Below are positions 26,298 to 35,807 of a DNA stretch of 59,120 nucleotides, piece by piece. Origin of the DNA: Syntrophomonadaceae bacterium (GTDB taxonomy: Bacteria > Bacillota > Dethiobacteria > DTU022); contig SKPH01000001.1 of NCBI GenBank assembly GCA_007119615.1, positions 1-59,120 of the forward strand, written 5' to 3'. The translations under genes and the position numbers were made by a program. Each line of letters starts with the position of its first letter. Position 1 is the first letter of the stretch. The notes below the pieces were generated by a model. That model was not told the DNA's origin and did no database searches. It saw only the letters and a program-made list of their open reading frames with translations.

Positions 26298-28208
26298 TCA
26301 TTCCTGAAAGGCCAGTTCGATCAAATAAACTCCTGAGGAAAATTTCTTTTCTTTAATATGCCCAATTTGTTCCAAGAGATAGAGGACGTGTTTATTCTCC
26401 GGCAGTATATCGGCTTTAAAGCCAACCAACCCCTGTCTTTTTGCGATATAAGCCAGATAGGAAAGCAATTGAGTGCCTAACCCTTTATGTTGATAGTCAT
26501 CTTTAATAACCAGGGCAACCTGGGCCGTGAGAGTTCCTTCAGCCACCACGAATTGTCCGACCCCGATAACAACTTCAGCGCCTTCCTGCTCAACTGTTGC
26601 CAGGATTACCATTTCCTTCGTATAGTCGATTGCTATAAATATATCCTGAAGCAGTTCGTGCGGCATATCTTCGCGCCGGGAGAGAAAGCGGTTATATTTC
26701 GTTTCATCGGAGAGGTCATAAAAGAAGTCTTTTAATAAAGGTTCATCGCTGATTTTAACCGGCCTCAGACAAAACTTCAGTCCCGTTTTTGTGGTTCTGA
26801 GAGTTTCAAGTTCAGCGGGGTACTCACCTTTTTCTCCCGGTATAAAGGCCTGATCCCGGTAAATAAGAGCAGCATTTTTTGCTTCTTCAATCAACCATGG
26901 CTGATAATCAGGATGAGCGATTGATATTAAAGCCATGGCTCTTTCCCTGACATTTTTTCCGTGCAGGTATGCTATCCCGTATTCTGTAACCACGTAATGG
27001 ATATCGCCGCGGGTCAGAGTGACTCCGGCTCCTTCTTTAAGAAAGGGGACAATCCTTGATATCGTTCCGCCTTCGCTGGTTGAAGGCAGGGTAAGAATCG
27101 TCTTTCCGCCTTTTGCCAGAACAGCGCCGCGCATAAAATCTGCCTGCCCGCCAATTCCGCTGAAAAAAAACTTACCCAGGGATTCTGCTGTGGCCTGTCC
27201 GGTAAGGTCTATTTCGAGAGCAGTGTTAATCGCTACCATATTTTTGTTCCCGGCGATGTTAATAGGATTATTGGTGTAATCAATTGTTTTAAATTCTATA
27301 CCTGGGTTGTTATCGATATAACGGTATGTCTCCCTGCTTCCCATGCAAAAAGAAGCTACGGTTTTACCCTTATTGGCAGTCTTTTTGGTGTTGTTAACTA
27401 CACCCTTCTTAATAAGTTCTATGATCCCGTCGCTGAGCAGCTCCGTATGAATACCAAGATTTTTTTTTGAGTCGAGATTTGCCAGAATTGCATTAGGTAA
27501 ACTTCCGTAACCGACCTGAATAGTGTTCCCGTCTTCAATAATCCGGGAAACAAACCGGCCGATATTGATTACGGCGTCGGATGTTGTATCGGAAGCTTTA
27601 TATTCCAGAATGGGCTCATCGTAAGGGATTATGAAGTCTACATCTTTAATATTGATGAATGTATCTCCGTGTGTCCTCGGCATATGCGTGTTAACCTGCG
27701 CAATAACCAGCGAGGCATTTTCAACTGCTGTTTTGGTAATATCAACGCTTACGCCCAGGCTGAGGTAACCATGTATATCAGGCAGCGATGTCTGGATAAG
27801 GGCAACATCAACCGGTACCAGTCTCCGCCGAAACAAATCGGGTATCCCTGAAGCAAAGATCGGTGTGTAGTCTGCAACTCCTTTGTTTACAATTTCCCTG
27901 GTGTTTTCTACGATGAAGAATGAATTGTGCCTGAAATTCTTTTTAAATTTTTGATCGGCATATGGGGCAACGCCGAGAGTCCAAACGTGTAAGATTTCCG
28001 CGTCGAAAAAAGCTTTCGGATTGGATTCCACAAATTTTATGAGAGCCTGAACAAGATACTGAGGTTCGCCGCAGCCGGTACCGATAAAAATCCTATCGCC
28101 GGCATGGATGTGGCTGAATATATTATCTTCTGATTGATACTTTTTCGGATATTTATCTTTTGTTGCCTCCACTTGAGTTTTTCGTTGTTTGGGGCCTGTC
28201 CCGCTCAT
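26298..28208 (-). CDS. fusion protein: acetyl-CoA hydrolase/transferase (family I CoA-transferase, 4-hydroxybutyrate-CoA-transferase-like) N-terminal ~450 aa plus a C-terminal GNAT acyltransferase domain
   Basis: CoA-transferase motifs GIHTELLSDG and SGIGGQADFMRGA. The C-terminal GNAT acyl-CoA-binding motif is YQHKGLGTQLLSYLAYIAKRQG. Confidence 0.75.
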   Translation of the reverse strand: MSGTGPKQRKTQVEATKDKYPKKYQSEDNIFSHIHAGDRIFIGTGCGEPQYLVQALIKFVESNPKAFFDAEILHVWTLGVAPYADQKFKKNFRHNSFFIVENTREIVNKGVADYTPIFASGIPDLFRRRLVPVDVALIQTSLPDIHGYLSLGVSVDITKTAVENASLVIAQVNTHMPRTHGDTFINIKDVDFIIPYDEPILEYKASDTTSDAVINIGRFVSRIIEDGNTIQVGYGSLPNAILANLDSKKNLGIHTELLSDGIIELIKKGVVNNTKKTANKGKTVASFCMGSRETYRYIDNNPGIEFKTIDYTNNPINIAGNKNMVAINTALEIDLTGQATAESLGKFFFSGIGGQADFMRGAVLAKGGKTILTLPSTSEGGTISRIVPFLKEGAGVTLTRGDIHYVVTEYGIAYLHGKNVRERAMALISIAHPDYQPWLIEEAKNAALIYRDQAFIPGEKGEYPAELETLRTTKTGLKFCLRPVKISDEPLLKDFFYDLSDETKYNRFLSRREDMPHELLQDIFIAIDYTKEMVILATVEQEGAEVVIGVGQFVVAEGTLTAQVALVIKDDYQHKGLGTQLLSYLAYIAKRQGLVGFKADILPENKHVLYLLEQIGHIKEKKFSSGVYLIELAFQE

Positions 28209-28396
28209 CCATTTTCACTCCCTGTAAACGATAGCCCGATACAATCTAAAATTATTCAACATTTATATTTTACCATAAGCACAGCCGGAAGATACAACCT
28301 AATGCCCGGCTGGCTGGCAATCTTTTTCGGGGGTTTTCAAAGGGGTAAGTTATCAAGTATACTGTTCTCAGCACTGCTATTAAGTGAGGTGGAGTA

Positions 28397-28801
28397 ATGG
28401 CAAATCGGGATGCAGATTATTCAGAGCAACTGAGGGAGCGTTACCGTGAGGATCTTTTCCCTCAGTCGCTTGGAATCAAACTCGAAGATGTGCGGGCGGG
28501 CTATGCCCGGGTAAGTATGGAGATCGCTCCCGAGATGCATAATTTTAACGGTGTAACCCACGGCGGGGCCCTGTTTACCCTGGCCGATACAGCTTTCGGG
28601 CTTGCTTCAAATACCCGCGGTACAGCTCTGGCCCTTCATATCAGTATCAACTATGTAAAAGCAACTGTCAGCGGTGACAGGTTAACCGCTGTGGCGGAGG
28701 AGGAACATCTGACCCGTTCAACAGGGATTTACCGCATGACTGTTTTCCGCGATGCTGAAAAAATTGCCCTGTTAAGAGGGACTGTGTTTCGTAAAGACTG
28801 A
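28397..28801 (+). CDS. PaaI-family hotdog-fold acyl-CoA thioesterase
   Basis: A 134-aa ORF with FNGVTHGGALFTLADTAFGLA, typical of PaaI/4HBT-II thioesterases. Confidence 0.75.
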   Translation: MANRDADYSEQLRERYREDLFPQSLGIKLEDVRAGYARVSMEIAPEMHNFNGVTHGGALFTLADTAFGLASNTRGTALALHISINYVKATVSGDRLTAVAEEEHLTRSTGIYRMTVFRDAEKIALLRGTVFRKD

Positions 28802-28942
28802 ATAAACCAGGTCTAACCGGTCCCACCTCTGTTAAAATTACGGCTTATTGATTGTTGAGTTTACTGTATTCAGTTACGGTAATGGCTGTAGTAAACATTT
28901 AACCGGAAAATAACAGGGTTTATAAAGGAGAGAACCGCACTA

Positions 28943-29470
28943 ATGATCCTTGAATTCAATGGAAAGAAACCGCAGGTTGCACCGGGGGCCTTTATCGCCC
29001 CGACTGCCGCTTTAATCGGCGATGTAGTGGTGGAGGAAGGGGCCAGTATCTGGTTTGGAGCGGTGCTGAGAGGCGATTTTGGCCGCATTACAGTAGGCAA
29101 GGGCACCAGCATCCAGGATAATGTAGTTGTGCATACTATGGCCGGAGGCGAGACGATAATCGATGAGCAGGTTACTGTGGCACACGGATCCGTACTGCAC
29201 AACTGCACTGTTCGCCGGGGCGCTATTGTCGGCTTGAATGCCGTACTTCTCGATTTTTGTGAAATCGGAGAACAGGCGATGGTAGCGGCAGGCAGCGTGG
29301 TTACAGACAACATGAAAATTCCGGCCAGGCACCTGGCTGCCGGCGCACCGGCCAGGATTAAAAAAGCGATTGCCGGTGCATCGCTGGTGTGGGTGGAAAC
29401 CAGCGCCGCCTATTATAAGGAAATGGCCGATAGTTACCTGGAGCAGGGTATAGGCAGAATCGAGAGCTGA
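28943..29470 (+). CDS. left-handed beta-helix (hexapeptide) protein, gamma-carbonic-anhydrase/PaaY-like
   Basis: A 175-aa ORF with hexapeptide repeats. The His pattern (VVHTM...VAHGSVLHNC) is typical of the gamma-CA/PaaY family. Confidence 0.7.
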   Translation: MILEFNGKKPQVAPGAFIAPTAALIGDVVVEEGASIWFGAVLRGDFGRITVGKGTSIQDNVVVHTMAGGETIIDEQVTVAHGSVLHNCTVRRGAIVGLNAVLLDFCEIGEQAMVAAGSVVTDNMKIPARHLAAGAPARIKKAIAGASLVWVETSAAYYKEMADSYLEQGIGRIES

Positions 29471-29505
29471 TGATCTTTTCCTGAAGCACAGCTTCTTGAT
29501 GGCCG

Positions 29506-29526
29506 GGCAAATGTTTGCCTTTTATT
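29506..29526 (+). terminator. weak intrinsic terminator after the PaaY-like gene
   Basis: GGCAAATGTTTGCC hairpin followed by TTTTATT. Confidence 0.4.
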
Positions 29527-29761
29527 AAAAAGTAAAGAAATTTATTGGAGGATTGAATAATGTGATTTATGATATTATTAAGCTACGGGCTGTGGATAGA
29601 TTGAGAAAAGACATCTCTGTCACCAGGTATGTAACTGCAAGATATCAGGCTGAAATGGAAATTTGCAACTAAGGAGAAATTCACTATTGCCGCAGGCATA
29701 TTTTTTATTTTTTTGCCATTGATACTTAAATTTTATAATTATGAAGGGAAGTGTTTTGAAG

Positions 29762-30184
29762 ATGGTTAAAATACTACTGGCTACCGATGGTTCGGAACAT
29801 TCTATGAAAACAGTTGATAAATCCATTGAGCTTGCCCGGAAACTGGAAGCCGAAGTAACAGCTCTTTATGTAATCGAAGGAAATCCCCAGATCGGCTATG
29901 ATCTCTTTGCCGCCTATAAAACGACCGAGGATGAATTGGAAAAGCTGGGTAAAGCGATCCTGGAAAAAGCAGCACAGCCTTTTCAGGAACAGGGGATCGC
30001 TGTTAATACGAGGCTTGAAAAAGGGCACCCTTCAGAGATCATTTGTGGAATTGCCGAAAAAGAGAATTTTGATTACGTTATTCTCGGAAGCAGGGGCCTG
30101 GGTGGCGTGAGGGAAATGCTGCTCGGCAGTGTCAGCAATGCTGTGGCCCACTGCATTAAAACTAGTATAATTATAATTAAGTAA
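29762..30184 (+). CDS. universal stress protein (UspA family)
   Basis: ILLATDGSEHS ... GSRGLGGVREMLLGSVS. The track start is 29741, but ATG 29762 is preferred. It follows GAAGGGAAG, and the candidate -10 TATAAT (29734-29739) abuts 29741. Confidence 0.8.
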   Translation: MVKILLATDGSEHSMKTVDKSIELARKLEAEVTALYVIEGNPQIGYDLFAAYKTTEDELEKLGKAILEKAAQPFQEQGIAVNTRLEKGHPSEIICGIAEKENFDYVILGSRGLGGVREMLLGSVSNAVAHCIKTSIIIIK

Positions 30185-30233
30185 GTTAATTGACGGTTTG
30201 CGATATCAAGTTTCACTGCTTTTTTGAAAATCA

Positions 30234-30273
30234 AAACACGGGTGCAATCCTTATAAGGATTGCACCCGTGTTT
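30234..30273. terminator. bidirectional intrinsic terminator between the convergent usp and HAD/ECH genes
   Basis: A perfect 20+20-nt palindrome, AAACACGGGTGCAATCCTTA / TAAGGATTGCACCCGTGTTT. It is flanked by an A-rich run on the left and TTTC on the right. Confidence 0.8.
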
Positions 30274-30342
30274 CAATAAGGTGTCTAACCTGTTCCGGTA
30301 AGGCTAATAGTTTGTTAAAACTCTCCGCTTTATCTTTGGAAA

Positions 30343-32370
30343 CTACTTCTTATATTCAGGAGGTCTTTTTTCCATAAAGGCGGCAATACCTTCGCTGGCC
30401 GCTTCCGTGGTGGCGGCATTTCCGAAAGCTCTGTAGCCAACTTCAAGAGCTTCTTCGAATGAGGGTTTGACTGCCGCTTCGCTGATTGCAACGGATATTA
30501 TTTCAACAATTTCTCTGCTCAGGGGAAGCTTTCCGGCCATTGGAGCCTCCAGAGGTTCGAGTGGGGTGATCTCCACTGGCTTATCGGTAATGTTTGGAAG
30601 AGGTTTGCCTGCCAACCCATGGACTTCCACGATGGCAAGTTTAATCAGCTCCAGGTAATCGCCGGCCAGGCCGGATAAAACACCGAGATCCAGGGCTTCC
30701 TTGGCCGTCATCCTGGCCGCCTGACGGTTCATATCATGGAACAGATCGGAGCCCGAAGGCCACCTGCGGTAAGGGACAACCAAACCGCCGCTACCGGGTA
30801 CAATACCCAGAGTTACCTCGGGAAGCTGGAACCAGGCTTGCTCAACAGCTACAAGTTTATGGCAGCGCATTGCCAGTTCAAAACCGCCTCCCAGGGCAAA
30901 CCCGTTAATGGCTGCTACTACCGGTTTGGGACAATTGTCCAGGTAACGCAGCAGTAGTGAATAGTCCCTGGTATACTGTATTGAAGCCTCTGCATCGCCC
31001 AATAACTTGGGAAATTTTCCGATATCCGCACCGGCGCAGAAAGCCTGGTTACCGTACCCCGTAATAACGAATCCTTTTATCTCCGGATCGGATTCGTATT
31101 CCTTTAGAACATCCAGGATCTCCAGGTTTACCTCGTCATTTAAGGAGTTCAATACCTGCGGGCGCCGGATAGTGATGATTTTTACGCCGTCCATTTCATC
31201 GACGAGAATATTTCTTTTGAAGTCCTGGTAGCTTTTATAGTCTTTTTCCATTCCCGGCATGCCGGGGCGGTCTTTCTGAAAGCCTGAGATAATGCTTTTT
31301 ACCTTGGTTTCTCCCAGGTCTTTCATTATATCCATGGGACCTTTCCGGAAGCCCAGGGCAATCTGCGAGCCGAGGTTTAAATCCTCCAAAGTCCCGATTC
31401 CCCGGTTGATAATATCAAAAGATTGTGAAAAGAGCACTCCCAACAGGCGGCTACGCACCGTTTCGGCCGTTTGCGGATCTAGATCCACCTTTTGGCCCGG
31501 TTTGAGGGTGACCCATCTTTCAACTGAACGCAGGATATCAGCCGGACGGTAATGTTCTCCTTCCTCCATTTGGAGAGTGTTCGTTTCTACTATAATCGGA
31601 TTGCCATTGGTCAGGTTTAAGACGAAGAAGGGTCCGGCAAAAACAAATTCCCGGGCAACCTGGTCAATTTGTGGAGCAGTAGCTTGATCCAGCAAAAGGG
31701 CGGCATCGTTGCACCAATTGTCGAAGATGCGGTCAAAGACAAAGCAGATCCTGTCCAGGGTAATGATCGGAACTTTACCGGTCATGCCGAACATCCAGGC
31801 CAGATAGTCAATAATTGAACGATCCGCCATTTCCCAGGCAATAATTTCTACGGCAGGGTTGCGCCATGCCGGTGCAAAAAAGTGTGTAATTGATGTCCTG
31901 GCCGGGAGCCGGGCTTCGGCAAAAATTCGCCCGGCAGGAATGGAGCTGGTATTTGAAGTGATAATGGTGTTGTCACTGACCTGCTCTTCAATTTGATGCA
32001 CAATCTTTTTCTTGATGTCAAGGTTTTCCGTGGCGGCCTCAATGACCAGGTCTGCATTTTTAATCGCCGAATAATCAGTGGTATAAATAATGTTGGCTTC
32101 TATTTTTTCGGCTTTATCCGGTTTTAATTTTTTCCTGTCAACTGCCTTCTTAATATACCCCTGGATTACTGTTTGAGCATTTTCCAGTTGCTTCTCATTT
32201 ATATCGACTAATACCAATCTGATCCCAGGCAAAGAACTTTTAAAATAGTAACCTATATCGGGGCCGATTGTGCCGGCGCCGACAATCGCGATCTCCTGCG
32301 GCAAAGGCCGGTCAGGGCTGTGCAGTAACGGGTTCAGATATTCAGGGTAGAGAACCGAATTCATGACCAT
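30343..32370 (-). CDS. bifunctional 3-hydroxyacyl-CoA dehydrogenase (N-terminal) / enoyl-CoA hydratase (C-terminal)
   Basis: N-terminal Rossmann motif IAIVGAGTIGPDIG. C-terminal crotonase motifs FCAGADIGKF and INGFALGGGFELAMRC. The start is uncertain (32409 TTG, 32370 ATG or 32364 ATG); the AAGGAG RBS favours 32364-32370. Confidence 0.85.
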   Translation of the reverse strand: MVMNSVLYPEYLNPLLHSPDRPLPQEIAIVGAGTIGPDIGYYFKSSLPGIRLVLVDINEKQLENAQTVIQGYIKKAVDRKKLKPDKAEKIEANIIYTTDYSAIKNADLVIEAATENLDIKKKIVHQIEEQVSDNTIITSNTSSIPAGRIFAEARLPARTSITHFFAPAWRNPAVEIIAWEMADRSIIDYLAWMFGMTGKVPIITLDRICFVFDRIFDNWCNDAALLLDQATAPQIDQVAREFVFAGPFFVLNLTNGNPIIVETNTLQMEEGEHYRPADILRSVERWVTLKPGQKVDLDPQTAETVRSRLLGVLFSQSFDIINRGIGTLEDLNLGSQIALGFRKGPMDIMKDLGETKVKSIISGFQKDRPGMPGMEKDYKSYQDFKRNILVDEMDGVKIITIRRPQVLNSLNDEVNLEILDVLKEYESDPEIKGFVITGYGNQAFCAGADIGKFPKLLGDAEASIQYTRDYSLLLRYLDNCPKPVVAAINGFALGGGFELAMRCHKLVAVEQAWFQLPEVTLGIVPGSGGLVVPYRRWPSGSDLFHDMNRQAARMTAKEALDLGVLSGLAGDYLELIKLAIVEVHGLAGKPLPNITDKPVEITPLEPLEAPMAGKLPLSREIVEIISVAISEAAVKPSFEEALEVGYRAFGNAATTEAASEGIAAFMEKRPPEYKK

Positions 32371-32409
32371 CGCTCCTTTTATCAGTAATATTTTTCGGGT
32401 TTCTACCAA

Positions 32410-33606
32410 TCAAGCAGAAACTTTAACGATCAACGCCGCTCCGGTGTCACCGGCTGCACAGCCTGTGAACAGTCCGTAGCCCCCGCCTCTAAGCACAAGT
32501 TCTTCGATCATTTCTATAATGCAGCGCCCGGCTGTCGGACCCTGGGGATGGCCGAAAACCAACGGGCTTCCGTAATTGTTAAAGGTCATCACATCGATAC
32601 CAAATTCGTTGGCCATATAGATATCATTGGCGGCAAAAGGATTATGGGTTTTAATTACCGCTATATCCTGAATACCCAGCCCGGCTTTTTCGAGTGCCAT
32701 TTTTGCTGCCGGCGCGGGAGCCATAGACATGTGAGCTTTCGGGGCCCGGCTGTAACCATAAGAGATTACCTGGATTTCAATATTTTTATCGGCGCTATAT
32801 TCTTTTGCCTGTTCCCTGGTAGTCACAATAACACCGCAATTTCCATCTGCGGGATGGGTTTGTGAGCCAAACGTATGAACTCCATCGGGAATTACAGGTT
32901 TGAGTCTGGCCAACCCCTCTTTCGATGTGGGAGCAATGCCTTCATCTGATTCGAGAACACCGGTTTCTTTTTTGCTGATTCTGAATTCGATCGGAAACAT
33001 ATAGCGTTTTTGGAATTCACGATCGTTTTGAAGCCCTTCCATATACTGTTCATAGCGTTTCAAGGCTACCTCGTCACATTGCTCTTTTGAAATATTCCCG
33101 GCCTTTTTAACCACGTTTTCCGCAGTCTGGATCATTGCCGTTCCTCCCCAGGGATCTTTGCCGAAATGATCCATTACCCAGTCCTCGGAGATAACCTGCC
33201 CCCCGGGCCCGGCAGGGTTGGGCCAAACCGTATGTGGGCCGTTTGAGGTTCGATCTGCCATCAGGCAAAAAGCCTTTGTATAATTTCCTGCTTCGATGCT
33301 GATAGCAGCCATATTAATGCAGGTTGTTGAGGTAGAACAGGCCTGGGATATATGTACTGCCGAGGTTCTTTCCGCCCCCATCATTGCTGCCGCCCACGGA
33401 GATGCATAAAAAGTACATGGTTGTCCGATTGTTTTTCCAAACACAAGGTAGTCAAAAATTCCGGGGTCGATTTTTTTCTCGGCAAGCCATCGTTTGGCCG
33501 TGGCTGCGCTCAATGTAATAGCATTTTCGTTGGCTAGGCTCCCCTGCCAGCGGGAAAAAGGCGAGCTGAAATAGCCACGGTAGGGAATGAATGCTTTTTC
33601 GTACAT
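32410..33606 (-). CDS. thiolase (acetyl-CoA C-acyltransferase), FadA-like
   Basis: ISQACSTSTTCI (nucleophilic Cys), GHPQGPTAGR and TGCAAGDTG. The start is moved to ATG 33606 because the track start (33624) is itself the AAGGAGG RBS. Confidence 0.85.
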   Translation of the reverse strand: MYEKAFIPYRGYFSSPFSRWQGSLANENAITLSAATAKRWLAEKKIDPGIFDYLVFGKTIGQPCTFYASPWAAAMMGAERTSAVHISQACSTSTTCINMAAISIEAGNYTKAFCLMADRTSNGPHTVWPNPAGPGGQVISEDWVMDHFGKDPWGGTAMIQTAENVVKKAGNISKEQCDEVALKRYEQYMEGLQNDREFQKRYMFPIEFRISKKETGVLESDEGIAPTSKEGLARLKPVIPDGVHTFGSQTHPADGNCGVIVTTREQAKEYSADKNIEIQVISYGYSRAPKAHMSMAPAPAAKMALEKAGLGIQDIAVIKTHNPFAANDIYMANEFGIDVMTFNNYGSPLVFGHPQGPTAGRCIIEMIEELVLRGGGYGLFTGCAAGDTGAALIVKVSA

Positions 33607-33912
33607 TTTATTACCTCCTTGCAAAATTTTTTTCTAACGACTTGAAAGATTTCGACATCGTAATAATTTATTCCTGCACGAGTTGCGATAAGTGTTTAGA
33701 ACAGAAGGCCAGACACTTGAAAATATAGAATTTAGTTAAAATTATATGGATATAATAAAATTAATTTAAAAATAATGAACGCTATATTGAATATAGAAAT
33801 AATTTATGATAAACTGAATTAATATCATTTTGAAATGTTTCCTGATTTTCCAAAAGCTCTATAATTTGGGAATGTTTTATTTGACACAGCTTATCCAGCT
33901 TAAATATGAAAA

Positions 33913-33966
33913 GAAGGTGGTAACTCCTAAAATTATTCTGGTGGAACGGGAAAAGGTAATGCTAGC
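33913..33966 (+). promoter_or_regulatory. copy E (partial) of the conserved upstream element, about 50 nt before dctP
   Basis: GAAGGTGGTAACTCC...TTCTGGTGGAA...AAGGTAATGCTAGC compared with copy D, GCAGGTGGTAACCC...TTCTGATGAAA...TAGGTGATAGC. Confidence 0.35.
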
Positions 33967-34015
33967 TGTTTCATGTAACTCAAAACTTACATCTGTAGAA
34001 GGAGAGGGTCAAGTA

Positions 34016-35146
34016 ATGAAACTAAAGTTAATGTTGCTGTTACTCGTTTTCGCATTGGTAATGGCTCCCGTAATTAGCGGTTGTGCACCGGCAGACGAGG
34101 TGGCCCCGGAACCGGAGCCGGATCCGAACGGAGAGCCGGATGAGGAGCCGGAAGAGGATGCCCAAAGTTTTACCTTTGAGTTTGCCACGTTCTGGCCGGC
34201 TGGAGATTTCCAGGTAGCTGAGGGGCATAAAGCCTGGGCCCAGGAAATTTCAGATCGCGTCTCCGCCGAAACCCCGCACACTGTCGATTTTGAGTGGCAC
34301 TATGCTCAGGCGCTTCTGGGAATGACGGAGCTTTATGAGGGCACAGCACAGGGTGTGGCCGATATAGCGACTACCTGCCCTGCTTATACGCCCGGCGTAT
34401 TCCCGTTAACTGAAGCTTTTGAGCTTCCCGGTTACAATAACGATAATGCCCTGGTTGCTTCGGTAACCATGCACGAAGGCTGGAAACAATCAGAATTGCT
34501 TCAGGAAGAGTATTCTGATGTGAAGATCTTGCACTTCTGGGCAACCGGTCCCGGCGATTTTATGACCACTGTTCCGGTTAGTTCAATGGAAGATCTTCAG
34601 GGGCTCGATATCAGGGCTGTTGGTGGTACAATTCCTTGGGTATCTGCTCTCGGAGCGAACCCGGTATCAATGGGTATGGGTGCTTCCTACGAAGCCATCG
34701 AAACAGGAGTTGTTGACGGGCTCCTGGCGCCGACTGATACCCTTCAGGGCTTCAGGTTGGCGGAAGTACTTAACTATGTCACAAAATCTCCGGGTGCCTA
34801 TAACATTATCTTCATGAAAGTTATGAACTGGGACTCCTGGAACTCCCTCCCAGCCTCGGTACAACAGATTTTCGACGAGGTAAACGAGAAATACGTGATT
34901 GAATACGGTCAGCTGAGAACGGACTATACCGTCCTTGGTCAGCAGTATGGAGTCGAAGAGCACGGAATGGAAGTAATCGAGCTTGATCCTGACGAATACC
35001 AACGGTGGGTAGATCTGATTGATCCGATCATGGAAGAGTGGGTCGAAAAGGCTAATACTGCAGGGTTGCCCGGTCAGGAAATGGTCGATATGGTCCGTGA
35101 TCTCGATGCCCAGTTTTCCGCACAGTATGGCGGCTACGGTAATTAA
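34016..35146 (+). CDS. TRAP transporter solute-binding lipoprotein (DctP family)
   Basis: ATG 34016 follows GGAGAGGG. Signal peptide plus lipobox MKLKLMLLLLVFALVMAPVISG-C, then an acidic Pro/Glu linker (PEPEPDPNGEPDEEPEED). The body is DctP-like. DctQ and DctM genes follow. Confidence 0.8.
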   Translation: MKLKLMLLLLVFALVMAPVISGCAPADEVAPEPEPDPNGEPDEEPEEDAQSFTFEFATFWPAGDFQVAEGHKAWAQEISDRVSAETPHTVDFEWHYAQALLGMTELYEGTAQGVADIATTCPAYTPGVFPLTEAFELPGYNNDNALVASVTMHEGWKQSELLQEEYSDVKILHFWATGPGDFMTTVPVSSMEDLQGLDIRAVGGTIPWVSALGANPVSMGMGASYEAIETGVVDGLLAPTDTLQGFRLAEVLNYVTKSPGAYNIIFMKVMNWDSWNSLPASVQQIFDEVNEKYVIEYGQLRTDYTVLGQQYGVEEHGMEVIELDPDEYQRWVDLIDPIMEEWVEKANTAGLPGQEMVDMVRDLDAQFSAQYGGYGN

Positions 35147-35306
35147 ATTTGCCGCTTGAAAAGTAACAGGTCGAGCTAGTTAGAGCTGTAAATTAAACTG
35201 GTGGAGGGGGCATCCGCTATCCCCGGGGAGTTTACCCGGTGAGGTGGGCGCCCTCTCTGATGGAAAACAGGAGTACTGAATACGCCAAAGACGGGGGAGG
35301 ATATAC

Positions 35307-35807
35307 TTGTTAGTTCTTTTTGAGCGATTTGTGCAAGGCCTAACCTGGCGGACAGCGCAGTTAGCCCAGGTAGCTATGGTCTTTGCAATGCTTATCATTG
35401 TAGCCAATGTAATCCTGCGTATTCCCTGGAAACCAATTGGAGGAACAGTAGAGCTTGTGGAGATGTCCGGAGCTGTGCTTTTGGCTCTGGGTGTGGCATA
35501 TACCGCGATCATGAAAGGTCATATTATGGTGGGGGTACTCGTGGAGCGCTTATCTCTGCGCGCCCAGGGAGTTGTAGAGATAGTGGTCAGTACCATTTCG
35601 CTTTATTTTTCATACCTATTGGCCCGGGAGATCTTAAATTACGCGATTAATATGATGCAACGAGGCTATGAGACCGGCCACCTTGGCATTCCGATCGCCC
35701 CTTCGATCTTTCTGGTTGCTTTTGGTTTTATTATGCTGGCGCTTGTACTTTTACTCGATTTAGTGAAAGCTTTAACTATAGTCAAAAAGGGGAGTGAAAG
35801 CGGATGA
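35307..35807 (+). CDS. TRAP transporter small permease (DctQ family)
   Basis: A 166-aa ORF with 4 TM segments, TTG start after GGGGGAGG, and a 4-nt overlap with the next gene. Confidence 0.8.
   Translation: MLVLFERFVQGLTWRTAQLAQVAMVFAMLIIVANVILRIPWKPIGGTVELVEMSGAVLLALGVAYTAIMKGHIMVGVLVERLSLRAQGVVEIVVSTISLYFSYLLAREILNYAINMMQRGYETGHLGIPIAPSIFLVAFGFIMLALVLLLDLVKALTIVKKGSESG

Noticed and set aside
29562-29672. 36-codon small ORF (GTG start, GGAGG 10 nt upstream) between the PaaY-like and usp genes
   Set aside because: It is plausible on RBS grounds alone. It has no recognisable motif and conservation cannot be assessed here. It is too short to support as a feature.
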